DNA of 63,047 bases, counting the filler, from Reticulomyxa filosa (taxonomy: Eukaryota > Protista > Foraminifera), in assembly GCA_000512085.1 (NCBI GenBank). It is 17 parts of 17 records of this genome, joined end to end, with 100 filler letters (N's around TTAATTAATTAA, not from the genome) between each part and the next. Parts side by side here need not be neighbours in the genome. Positions count along the whole stretch, not along the records: positions 31,331 to 38,288 come from ASPP01002462.1; positions 38,389 to 47,523 come from ASPP01020044.1; 15 more parts are not named here. One strand, 5' to 3'. How positions within the stretch are numbered: the stretch's first letter is position 1; each line of letters starts with the position of its first letter. Both the position numbers and the translations under genes were made by a program. Shown here piece after piece: positions 31,478 through 44,237 of this stretch. The notes below the pieces were generated by a model, which searched no databases, had not been told where the DNA came from, and was given only the letters and a program-made list of their open reading frames with translations.

Positions 31478-31948
31478 ATGAACAACCGTGGTGTGTGTAT
31501 ACGTGTTTTCCTTTTCAGCGAGGTTTTCCTTTTGCAGCAAGGATATTTGAGCATAAGACGTCCCCGTCAGCCGCCCCAAGGCATTTTTGTCGATGGCTAT
31601 CGTGAAAATGGGCGCGGACAAGCGCGTGGAGGTGGAGCTCGTGGTGGTCGTGGACGTGGCTTTGGCCGCAATCGTGGAGGTGGATTTAATCGTGGAGGAG
31701 GTGGTCGAGGAATACGAGGGGCTCGTTTTGATCGTGGACAACCAATACAAGGAACCAATTTCAAACAGAACTTTGACCGTGAGCCGTTGCAGAATCAAAG
31801 TGGAGGTCCCATTCGTCAAAATAACAATGGGTACGAGAGAAGACCAAGAGGAGGCAGACCTTTCACTTTTCGATCAGGCCCAAATGAGCAATATCAACAA
31901 AGAAAAGGCCCAGGTAGTCAAATAGGACAAACAATGATGGGTATATGA
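31478..31948 (+). CDS. RGG-rich C-terminal exon of a putative RNA-binding protein
   Basis: GRGQARGGGARGGRGRGFGRNRGGGFNRGGGGRG. Confidence 0.6.
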   Translation: MNNRGVCIRVFLFSEVFLLQQGYLSIRRPRQPPQGIFVDGYRENGRGQARGGGARGGRGRGFGRNRGGGFNRGGGGRGIRGARFDRGQPIQGTNFKQNFDREPLQNQSGGPIRQNNNGYERRPRGGRPFTFRSGPNEQYQQRKGPGSQIGQTMMGI

Positions 31949-33120
31949 ACCAAAAAAACGCACACTCCGATTTTTTACAATAACATTTGTCTTGGCGAAC
32001 TATCTTTGGTGCAACATTTTTTAAACGCATACAGCATAATTATATGCTGAGTCTTTTTTTTTTTGCGACGGTAACCAAAGACTATTTGTATGCTTGTCTT
32101 TTATAGAACTTATGTGAAGATCAGATCATCAACATTTAATTGCCTTTTATTCCTTTGAAGAAAACGATACTTTGAATAAGTATATCATCAAAAAAAAAAA
32201 ATTTAAAAATTGAAGATTTCAAATAAGCAATGTGTTATGCTGCGCTTTTTTTCCTCTCAATGATCTCTTCATTTTCCCTTTCAATAAAAAATCTGTGTTT
32301 TTGGTCCTTTATTTTATTTTATTTTCGCCCCAAGGTAAGAGAAGTTTTCTTTGTTTTTTAATAAAAAATGTCAGTTCTTGCAACTCATTAAAAAGCTGCA
32401 AAGACAAAACTGCAAATAAAAAACTGACAACATCAATGTATGTGTTCTTGTGGAATGTGATAACGGGGTAAATTTTTTTCTTTCTTTTTTTTTTGTGAAT
32501 TTTGTAGTTTTGTTTTGACATTCCTTGCGTTGTAAAACTTTTCTTTTTTTATTCGTTTTGATTTTTTAATAAGAAAGGGTTTTGGATTGTTACAAAATCC
32601 TTGAGATGAAGTTGCGTTTGTCAAATGAATCTATTTTTTTACCACCAATCACAACAAAAATCTCTACCATCTTAAGCGTAATTCTATGTTTACTTTCGTA
32701 GTGATACTTTATATACTTTTTGGTGATCGATATTTTAAACCTTTTTTGTGAAGGTATACGCTAGGGTATTTTATGTGAGAAACAAAAATTTATCGGTTGC
32801 GAAAATGAAAAGCAATGAATACAAGTTCAGAAATATCCTTGCTGAGAGAATTGGAATACAACTCCAAAAAAGAGTACATAAAACAACAAAAAAGAAACAA
32901 TAGCCACCGTCAAACAGACACGACAGAAAAAAAATCCAAATTTGAAAGCTCCTTGGAAGAGCACGTAAATTTTCGAAAGGAAGTAGAAAACAAAACGGAC
33001 AAAAAAAACAAAGAAAAACAAAAAATTCACAAAACGCTTTACAAACTGAATGAGAATATGTGACAATAGAAACATTGGAGTAACATAATGCAATAAACAG
33101 GAGACGTATGAGTGGATCAG

Positions 33121-36100
33121 TTATAGTTGAGCCACATCAGCCCACTTGATAAATTGCTGTTGTACGTTGTGTTATACATTGTTATGTTCCAAAAATATAC
33201 ATACAAGATAAATATTAAAGAAACTTGTGTTTTTTGAAAACGGGAGAATGGATCAGCCAAATTCTCATAAACATCGCATAATGACTGTTCTAATGCATCA
33301 ACAATAGATAATACCAATGGCAATGGCAAATCTTCTTTTTCATATTTCTGGCTAATTAAATGATTACCCATCGCTTTTTGCGATGGTCTTACAGACATAT
33401 GTTTTCCCATCAAAAATACCGATATAGTCCGAGATTTTATGGAATTGCTTACTTGAAGCTTTTGATTTTCCAATGATAAATATTGTTTTTTCTTTTTGTC
33501 ACTGCCACTTGTACTTTTGGTTTTGCTTTTACTTTTGCTAACACTATTTTGCCTTCTTAAATGCCATTCACTTATGTTTCCATAATTATGTTGAGGTGTG
33601 CTTATGTCTATTACTTCGGGGGTGCCATTACCAACAAACACAAAATGTGCATCGTCATTATCATTGCTTACTTCTTTTTCTTTGTCTTTGTCGTTCTCTT
33701 TGTGTTTGCTTTTTTCCACGTTTATTTTCAAAATTTCTTTTGCTATTTTTTGATTTGTCAATTCTTCTTTCTTCTCACTCGTTTGAGATGCCACAGGCGG
33801 AGAGATCTCTATTGTCAAATGCTTGCTAACTGACGTCGACGATTTTTTATCTTCTGCGCCTAATCGGTTGATTTGTAAAGTATTGGGAACTCGCAAATAT
33901 TCAAGTTTTTTGGATTTGTGTGGGGATGGTACTGCATCATTCTCGTTTCGGATCTCTGGTGCGTTACTGAGAATGGAAGGGCTTCCACCGTTACTTGCAA
34001 CGTTCAGTTCTATTTGCAAATGAATTGCCCCGACAACGTTCTTGTCTCTATCCAAGCTTTCATCATTTTCATTCTCTTCCTCTTCTACATCTTCATCCAT
34101 TATTTCGTTTGTATTTTGGTCCAGGACATATTCGTCAATACTAAACTTGACAGTTTTTAGAGGCAAAGGTTTGAAAGAGGAAGTTGTCGGTTTAATCACC
34201 TGACTGTTTTCATTAGAAATGTGACCCGGCAAAGGAGTGATCGACCAATCCGTTGTGTTGGGCTTCATCTCGGGTGTGTCCGTGTGAACGTTATTATTGC
34301 TAATAGGTGAATGTAAGGGCGATTTCTCCATTTTTTGGGGTGGGCGATTGATCCCTGATGGTTCAGCAATGTCGTCCACGTCACCGTCATGCAGAACGAT
34401 ACCCATCTGCTTGCAAATCTGGGCATAGACATGTCGGCACAAATTGCGTCTGTGCCAACTCACATTAATCTGGGCAGGGGCGTCAGAATAGAACCCATCG
34501 TCGATGTATTTTTCATATAATGCCAGATAACGCAAGCCAACTGTTGGATACTGTTCGATTATGCGTGAAGGTGGCAAGTCTTCAGGCAGCTGATTTAATG
34601 TAATTTTGCTTCGCAAACTAGTGCTATTTTTTTTATTTTATTTTTGAACAATTTTTTGTTCCTTTTTTTTTTTCTCAACTTGCAAACGATACAAAAAGAA
34701 AGGGGGCTCATTGCAAGCAAAAAAAAAGGCATGACAAAATTAAAATGTTCCCACGTAACTAATTCAAATAAATATTCCATTTCAACTGTTTGTATAAATC
34801 AAAGGAAAATCATCGCACAACAAAAAAAAAAAACACAGTTTTTTGCTTGTTAGATTATCTTTTGCCAATTTTTACAAATGAAGCAAAAAAAAAAAGAACA
34901 AACCTGCCAACATTCAACAACATATAATAGGTTTTCTGCAGAACATTCTCTTTTTTTTTTTTTTTGCAATTTCAGGATTGTGATTACTTTGATGAGAGGG
35001 AAAAAAAATATAGTATAGATGTACACATATGTATATGTGTATACAGCCAATAACAATAAAAAAAAAATCAACCAAACTCCAGCAAATGTTCCATAAACGC
35101 TTTGAAGGCATGAGTGTCTTTGAGGACATCAAGCAAAACAATGTGGTTAGAGGAGATTTCATGTGGTCGGAAGGATAGCTTAAATAAGTGACTATTTGTG
35201 ATATTGGCAGTTCGGTTGTGTTTGGGTTTGGACGGAAAAGTTAAGTCAAAGGCATTGGCTTGGGGAGTGACATTAAAGTCGGAAGAGAGTGTACGATGGT
35301 GTAGCATCGAAGAAGGTCGATTAGTTTGTGAGGGACGAATCCGAACGTCTTGACTCATAACTATGCGATGGTGTAGTACCCATGACGTGTTAACAAAAGA
35401 TAAAGCGTAATACGAAAGTGACAGAATCCAGTGAGCGAAAGCAGAATACGTAGTGGAATTCAATATTTGAGCATCGTCGAACAACAGCAACAATATGCAA
35501 TACATGATCACTGCCACAATCAAACATATCATCCCTAAAAACAGTTCTTCACGAATGTAGATCAAGTCTCGTATTTGAGATATCTTCATCATTGACACTA
35601 ACAAACATATCCCACACATCACTCCGACAATCAACAGCACCAATTGGGCATACAATACGCTCACAAAGACGTCTAATGCACTTTACAACATATATAGGAG
35701 GGAAAGAGCACAGAGTGATGCATACAAAGTTTTATGTACGTAAAATACAAAATTATATGTTCACAAAAAAGTGCTTAAGATTTTGCTAAAAAAAAAAAGA
35801 AGGTACATGTCTGTTTACACATATCATACATGAATATATAAATATACAAATATATAAATACATATGTACATGCATATGTATACAAATACCCTGTGTGTAT
35901 GCACATATTTTTTATATGTTCGGAAGATTTGTGCTTACATGCAAACTGATGATACTAAAGCGATAGCAAGTAGAGTAATTCGAAATGTAACTTTAAGGTT
36001 TCCAAGCTGCTCGTAATGTTGAATCAAAAATGGGACATTATTTGCATCGCTCAGCTCGCTCAGCCACAGTCGATTTGCTTGATATTTCACATATTTGTGC

Positions 36101-36557
36101 TTGCTATAAATATGCCAACAGCGCAGTAGCTGCAAAAATTCTATAATCGTCACACATATCAGTTCCAATAACTCGCGAGCTGTTGTTGCCATACGTATAT
36201 CTGCAAATGCTTGCATTAACCAACCCCCGCTTGACACCACTTTCTCAATGTTTGCCAAATTAATATACGTACACACAAAAAGCAAGTTTGGACATTTTCA
36301 TTTTTTTTCTTTAAATTTTACAAACATTTGTTTCAACGAAATATTTTCTTTTGGGATGCAACAAACCAACGTTTAAAACAAACAATGGCGGATGTGGCAA
36401 TCACTAACTCTGGAAAGCGACCCTGAATAAACATGTCATTGCGGTGTTTCCAGTATCTCCTCATTTCCCATAGTGTTACCGGACACAATATCACCCAATT
36501 TAGTGCTGCCCAAGAAATACACAAGATATCAAGCAATGACCACACTTGATCCATCAA
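33121..36557 (-). CDS. Multi-pass membrane (7TM-like) + RGS domain protein with large insertion (copy 3)
   Basis: Hydrophobic helices 36557-35390; AFKAFMEHLL|EECSAENLLYVVECWQ, LYEKYI...PAQINVS, VYENLADPFSRF; last exon QFIKWADVAQL*. Confidence 0.8.
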
Positions 36558-37014
36558 TATCTCACTTAAAGAACTTGCGTTTGTACTTTTAAACGTTTAA
36601 AAAAAAAGGGTTCAAGTTTACTTTTGTTAACCAACCTTACACGGAGTAATAAAAAAAGTAACAGAAAAAAAATTAATATGGTTATCTTGGAGGGTGTTCA
36701 TATAACGGAACCACCATCACTTAAGAAATATCGTATAGCACGATAAAAACAAACGAAAAAAAAATGTGAGAATGGGCTACCTTGAAAAACAAAACGAAAC
36801 AAAAAAAAAAAAAATTATAACAATGGCAATGATATGCTATGTAGAAATCGGCACAAAAAAAAAAAAATACAAGTAAACGAAAAAAAAAAACCCTTCCCAA
36901 AGCAGAAACTTAGTAGATGAGTTGAACTCAATAAAAACATATCAAACATAACAGCAGAGAACAAAAAATTAAATTTAAGAAGATAAAAACAAAAACAAAA
37001 ATTTCCACAAAGCA

Positions 37015-38240
37015 TTACGAAATAATATTTTCTTCAGGAGATGAAGGCATGTTAGAAACTTCGGGACGCATGCTTTCAGGTAAGGCGCTAACATGTAATC
37101 TAACTTGAGATCCAAACTTTTCGTTCCATTCTACGTATTGAGCAATGGATTTTTCCGGGACGGAAGGCTTGACATTTTCCAGCGATTTCAAAAAATGTTT
37201 TTTGGAAATGGGGGGAATGTCTTGAAATGAAGTGGTAATGATATCTGCTCCCAATTCACGGACAGGTCCCATGGCGGCATCTTTGCACAGTCCAGTCAAG
37301 TCACTGAACGAATATCCATGAGTGCACTTCACCACCTCTTTGAAATCCCATGGCGTTAATTCGCACTTTTGTTTTTTCATTAAGTTTTGCAGCAAAGCAT
37401 ACCGTGTTTCTTCATCAGGCAAAGGGACCATAATGCGTTTGGAGAACCTTCGTAGGACAGCTTCATCGAGTTGATGAGGTAGATTGGTCGCTCCAATGAC
37501 AAGCATTCTGGCCTGAGCTTCGGACGCTTTGTGTACGCCATCGAATTGAACTAAAAATTCGGTCTTGATTCTTCTCGAAGATTCCGCCTCATTGGCCCCT
37601 CCACGAGCAGTCAACAAAGAATCGATTTCATCGATAAATATGATGGAAGGTGCTTTCTCTCGAGCCACAGCAAACAATGTGCGCATGATACGTTCCGCGT
37701 CTCCAACAAATTTCTTGTTATCGAGGACGCGCTAATGCTAAAGAAGGTCGCATTGCATTCCTTTGCCACACACTTTGCAATCATAGTCTTCCCATTCCCA
37801 GGAGGGCCAAATAGCAAGAGACCAGACGAAGGGCTTCGCAACCCAGTGAAGATCTCGGGACGCAATTGCGGTAAGATTATGCTCTCGTACAACACGAGCT
37901 TCACTCCCGTCAGACCTTGCACGTCTTTGAATGACACGTCTGGCACTTCGTCGATTATATCCGCCTCGATGCGTCCACGAAATTCGTCGTCTTGTTTGTT
38001 CACAAACTTTTTATCATTGCCGTTGTTTGTGTTTGTGTTCGCCTTTGCTTTCTCGGGCTCCTTCTCGTCGTCGAATTTGCTTTCTTCGTTCACCGCATCT
38101 TCCCGCTTGTTCGCTGGTCGCACATTCCGTTGCGGCAGCAGTAACGACGACGATGAAGAATGCATGCCGCGTCGAGCTGCATTCTTTGACAATGCCGCGC
38201 TCTCATTTCTTTTCGCATTTGCTATTTCAGTAAAAATCAT
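37015..38240 (-). CDS. Spastin-like microtubule-severing AAA ATPase, 5' partial; 1-nt frameshift near 37712
   Basis: [14 protein letters not shown] (Walker A), [11 protein letters not shown] (Walker B), [20 protein letters not shown]...LDEAVLRRF, Vps4-like C-terminus; one added base restores ITSKFVGDAE. Confidence 0.9.
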
Positions 38241-38251
38241 GCAATAAATAA

Positions 38252-38288
<37 letters not shown>

Positions 38289-38388
38289 NNNNNNNNNNNN
38301 NNNNNNNNNNNNNNNNNNNNNNNNNNNNNNNNTTAATTAATTAANNNNNNNNNNNNNNNNNNNNNNNNNNNNNNNNNNNNNNNNNNNN

Positions 38389-38431
<43 letters not shown>

Positions 38432-39423
38432 AAAGATACCCCTTTACACTTGGCAATAACTGCGTACAAAAAATCGAAAAATGCAGAAATTTTAAACTTT
38501 TTATTGGCAAATGGAGCAGACCCATCGGCACAAACCAAAAGAGGATACAATGCATTGATGTTAAGTATACTATTGAATCAAGTGGAACTGGTTCAAAAAT
38601 TGCTTGACTTTAACACCGAAAAAAAAGAAATGGAAGAAGTGCTGAAGATTGTTGGAGAAGAGAAGGAACCTAGTGCGCAACCCAATGCGAAACAGTTGGA
38701 GAATAGACAAACAACAGAAGCTGAAAAACCGCAAATGATTGACGACAAATTACAACAGCAACATCATCATCCCAATCCTTTCTTTTCGATGCCTCAGAAA
38801 GATGATTTCGTGTTGCAAAAACCCTCACTGTTCCCCAAAAAATCAAGTCGAAAAAAACATCAGCTTATGGAAACGGAGTCACGAAACACTGAATTGCATT
38901 TTGCTGTTTGGCATGGATCAATTGAAGTCATTCGATTGTTGGTCAAAAATGGACCACATGTTACGTCGTTTTTTTTTCCCTCCAAAAAAAAAAAACAAAA
39001 AACAAAAATGATAGTTATAATTCGAAATATACATTTAAAAAAAAATAGGACATTAATATCCGAGACCACCATGGATATACTCCTTTGCACAAAGCAGTAG
39101 ATCGTGGTAGCTTGCCTCTTGTCCAATTTTTGGTAGAAAATGGTGCTAGAGTGGATATGAGTGGATTGGATGGATTGGCCCCAATTCATATTGCCGCTTT
39201 AAAAAATGACTACAGTATTCTAGAATTCCTTTTGAATCATCAAGCTGATCCTAATGACATCACACAGGACAACAGAAAACCTGTCGATCTGACTACGGAC
39301 GAAAATTGCAAAGTACTTTTGCAACAATTTATGGAAAAAGCAAATCAAGCAGATTTGCTCACTTTAGAAATGTCCAGAGATGAAAGTGTGAGCCACTCTA
39401 TCACTCAGAGCGAAATGGAGTGA
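38389..39423 (+). CDS. Ankyrin-repeat protein, 5' partial (intron 38960-39048)
   Basis: FLLANGADP, GYNALML, NTELHFAVWHG, GYTPLHKAVDRG, LAPIHIAA. Confidence 0.9.
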
Positions 39424-40132
39424 TCAAATCAATTTTGAGTTGTTTAAAATTTTGTTTTCTTCATTTTACTTTTTTTTGTAACAGAAATAAAAGCAATCAA
39501 AAGTTAAAACAACTGATTCACATTTCTGTCAACATTATTTGTACAAAGTTTTCTTAATTTCTATTCATCAAGCAGCTTGCGTTGTTTTCTTTTTTTTTAA
39601 TAATTGTTGACATGGATAGCTACGAAGGGCCTCAGTATTAAAACAATACTCAATTCAACAATTCTGGTAAAATAGTTAATAAAAAATTTAAGCACAAGAA
39701 TTGACAAAAATAAAGATTAGTTCGTGCATTTAAAAAAGATTGTTCAAAAAAGAATTATTTTCAATTATTACACTTTGCAAAAAAAAGATAAAATTATGAA
39801 TTATTAATAACTTACATTGCAGATATTGAAAGAAAATATTGAATGACCTTGAAAAAAATATATTTTTTGTGTAATCAATTTCTGTATGTTCGGTCTTGTA
39901 AATTGATTCTATCTAATTGTCTTAAGGTAATAATCGATATTACAGTATTTTGCAAAAAAAATAGGACACATAAAATGCTATTTTATGAAGATGATTAATA
40001 AAAATGTTTTTTGTTTCGATTTTTGTGTTTGATTTATTTTTGCTATTCCATTTTTTTGGTTTTAATTAATTAAATAATTTTTTTTTTTAAAAAAAAACAA
40101 ACATTAATTCAATCATTCAATAATTTTAAAAA

Positions 40133-43100
40133 TTATCTTCCTTTTACTATAATTGCAATCTCTCTTCTTAATTGATTTATTTCTTGAATTAAAATAACAT
40201 TTTCTTGTAAAATTTTATCACTATTCTTTTTAAATTTAAATTGATCTTGTTCTAATCTTTTTTGTAATGATTGAATAGTTTTTTCAAGATAAATACGTTG
40301 TCTTTGAAATTCATCATGAAATTGAATATTAATATTACCATCATTATCATTTTGATTTTCAGTTGTAATTAAATTTTGAAATAATATATCTTTAAAATGA
40401 AAATAAAATAATTTAATTCCTTTTTTTAATTGATTATTATTAAAATGATTATCTTCTTCTTTTAATAAATATAAACATTCTAATTCTTGTCCTATATTTT
40501 TAATTAATGAATTAACATATATATTATTTTTACATAAATAATTATATTCATATTGTAATGATTTTATTTTTAATTTTAAATCTTTCATTTGTGATTGTAA
40601 TAAATGATTATTTGAATTATAATATTTAATTTCATTATTCATTTGTATAATTTGTTGTTGTATATTATTAATATATATATCTTTTGGTTTTATTTGATTA
40701 TTTAATTCATTTATTTTATGATCTAAAACAAATTTAAATTTTTCTAAATCTTGATTTTTATCAAAAATATCTTTTATTATTTGATTCTTTTCTATAACAG
40801 TAATATTTCTTTCTTTTATTTCATATTCATATCCTTCAATATCTTTTTCTAATTTATTTATATTTTCTATTAATATATTTTGTTCATTTAATAATTTTTG
40901 TAATTTATCATTTCCTTGTTTTATTTTTTGTTGTAATCCTGCAAATTCTCTTTTTAATATACCATTATTACTACGTAATTCTAATGTTTGTGTTTTTTCA
41001 TTTTTTAATATATTATCATAAATATTTTTTAATTTTATTAATTCTTTATTACATTCTTGTGTAATTATTGTTTTAGTTAATATATTTTGTTGTTTTATTT
41101 TATTTATATCATTATATAATTGTGAAATGGATAATTTTTCTAAATTTTGTTTTTCATTTAATTGTATTTTAATATTTTCCATTTTGTGTTGATGTATAGT
41201 AAATATTGTAATTATGATTTTTCCATCTATAAATTGAATTATATTATAAATAAATAAATATATATATGTATATATGTTATATAAATATATATTATATTAT
41301 ATTATATTATATAACTTTTCTCTTAAATTTTCTAATTTTTTTTTTAATTCTTCACATCTTTTTCTTTCAGCTTCAATTTTATCTTTTTGATATCTATTAA
41401 TAATAATAATTATATATTATTTTATTTAAAATAAATAAATAAATAAAATATATACATATACATATATATACTTTTCAATTTCATTAAAATTTTGAATATA
41501 TTTATTTTGTAATATATTAAGTTCTTGCTTATATCTTATTCTACTTTCTTCACTTTGTTTACTTAATATATTATATTTAGATTGAAATATTTTTATTTCA
41601 TTTTGAAATTTACAATTTAAATCTTCTAATTTCTTTTTATAATAATCATCTTTTATATTAATTTCTAATTGATTATTTAATCTTAAATCTTCTACTTTTT
41701 TTTTAAATATTTTGATTTGATTAAATCTTTCATCTAAATCTTTTTTAGTAATAATTATTTCTTCTGCCCAACCAAGTTGTTGTTGTAATTCTCTTTTTTT
41801 ATTTGTTAATAATGGTTTTGTTTTTAATTCAAATACACAAATACATCCATCTTCACTAGATGTTACAAATAAAGTATCATCATGTGAAATTTGTATATTA
41901 GTAATACATTGTGAATGTATTTGTAATTCAATTATATTATTATCAGTTAAATTATTAATAATATTTTTGTCATTTAAATTACTTATACCACTGATATCAC
42001 TTCTATTTGTTAAATGATAAGAATCTGTATTATTACTAATATTTATTCTTTCTTCAAATTTTGTTAATGGTATTGATAATATTATTCCTGATAATCCACC
42101 ATTTAATAACCAATATGGTGGTGATTTTGTAATTTCAATACAATTTATTTTAATTGGTAGATCAATTGTTTGTTTAATAATATTATCATTATCAATCATT
42201 TTTAAAGTTTGATCAGATGAAGAAGCAATTATCTAAGTTATAAATTATATGTATGTATATGTATATATTATATTATATATGTATATATATATATATTACC
42301 ATTTTTCCAGGTGCTATAATAGCACTATTATAATGAATTTCTTTATTTTGATGTTGTTGATATTGTGTATTATTAATAATATCCCATATAAAAATAGAAT
42401 TATCAGCACTTGTTGTAATAATTTGTCTGTCATCTAAACTCCACCAAATAGAATGTATTTTAGCAGTATGTCCTTTAAGAATTGTTACAATTTGTAAAGA
42501 ATAGGTTGTATAAATTTGTATTACACTTGCATTAACAGCAGCTAAAAGATGACCTCCATTTGAATATTTTACTTGAGTACAACCTTTAATTGAAAAATCT
42601 TGATAAATTTGTAAATCATCCATTAATACATTCATTAATCTATATGGTATATATGCATATATATGTATATATCATATTTTTATTTTTATTTTTATTTTTT
42701 AAAAAAACCTTAATTTATCATGAAATCCAACAGCAATATGCATTCCACTAGGATGTGCAGAAATACATAATGGTTCTTTTTCAAATCTTTTTGAAAATAA
42801 CATTGTTTTATCATGATAATTCCATATTTTAATACATTTATCTTCTCCACAAGTTATAATAAATGGTTTTCTAATAGTTAAATCTAATCCATTTATTTTA
42901 CCAAAATGAAAAGAAGAATTTAAAAAAGGTATAAATAATATATCATTATTATTATTATTATTATCTTTTAATATTTGTAATTGTGATAAATAACATTGAT
43001 ATAATTGATTATTTTCTAATACACAAATAATATATTCTTCATTTAAAGATATTATTAAATGAATAATAGAATTAATTTCTTCATTTGGTATATGTATTTC

Positions 43101-44237
43101 ATTAAGTTTTTTAAACATATCAATTTTTTGTAATAAATAATTATCATTTGAATTATTATAAATCATTTTTTCATATATTAATATAATACCATTATTACAA
43201 CCACAAATAAATCCTTTACTAAATGTAGTAATAGAATATATATTATATTTTGATTGTGTATTAAAAATACCTATAAATTCTATTCCATTAAATATTAATA
43301 TTTCACCATTTTCACTTGCTATAAATAAATGATTATCATTATCCCAAGTATGACAAGTATAATTTTGATTATCACGTTTTGGTAAATGAATTGGTAATAT
43401 TTTTAATTCAAGTTGATCAATATGATAAAATTTTAAAATTCCAAAACCAATACATACAATAATATTTGAATCAAATGGTGCAAAAGATCCAGAATAAAAT
43501 GGAGTAGTTGATGTTGCTTGATTCTATATAATATATATTATATATATTATAAAATAAATATTAATATATTAATATATTAATATATATATATACCTTTAAT
43601 ATTTGTATAGCTCTTCCTTTTTCTCTAGAATAATTTATTACTGCCCAATCAGGTCCTCCACTAATTACTAATATATATTTACCATCCATTGAAAAAGAAA
43701 TAGATATAATTTCATTTGATTGAATATCATGATTACAACAAATAGTCTAATATTTATTATTTATTATTTATTATTTATTATTTATTATTATAATGTAATA
43801 TTTTTATTTTTAATAACATAACTTTTTTTTACGCTTTAAATCAGTTGATAATTCATAAATATGAACAAATGGACCTTTTATTCCTTTTTCTGCTATTGCA
43901 ATTAATTTTTTATTTATATGAACATCAAGAGCTGTTATACCAAAATCTTGTAATTCTCCAATAATATTATTTTGTCCTGATATAAATTGTTGTATCTATT
44001 AGAAAAACAAACAAATAAATAAATTTTATTTTTTTAAAAAAAATATATAATTTAAATTAATTTTACTTTATTCTCTATCGAATGAATAACCAAATTATTT
44101 CCTGCTCCAAATAATACTGTTGTTTCATCAAAAAATAAAACAGGATTTTTAATATCAACACGAATACCAAATATATGTTTTAATGTTAAAATTTTTTCTT
44201 CTTGATTTTCATTATTTTCATTATTCATGTTTGACAT
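40133..44237 (-). CDS. CFAP57: Cilia- and flagella-associated protein 57 (WDR65)-like, multi-exon
   Basis: LKHIFGIR..., HFGKINGLDLTIRKPFIITCGEDKCIKIWNY, HPSGMHIAVGFHDKLR|LMNVLMDDL, YSNGGHLLAAVN, coiled-coil C-half with LEKFKFVLDHKI and EFQRQRIYLEKTI. Confidence 0.85.

Noticed and set aside
37700-37720. Programmed frameshifting in the spastin-like gene (also eL37, WNK, RGS copy 2)
   Set aside because: Single-base indels beside homopolymers in conserved genes are better explained by sequencing error
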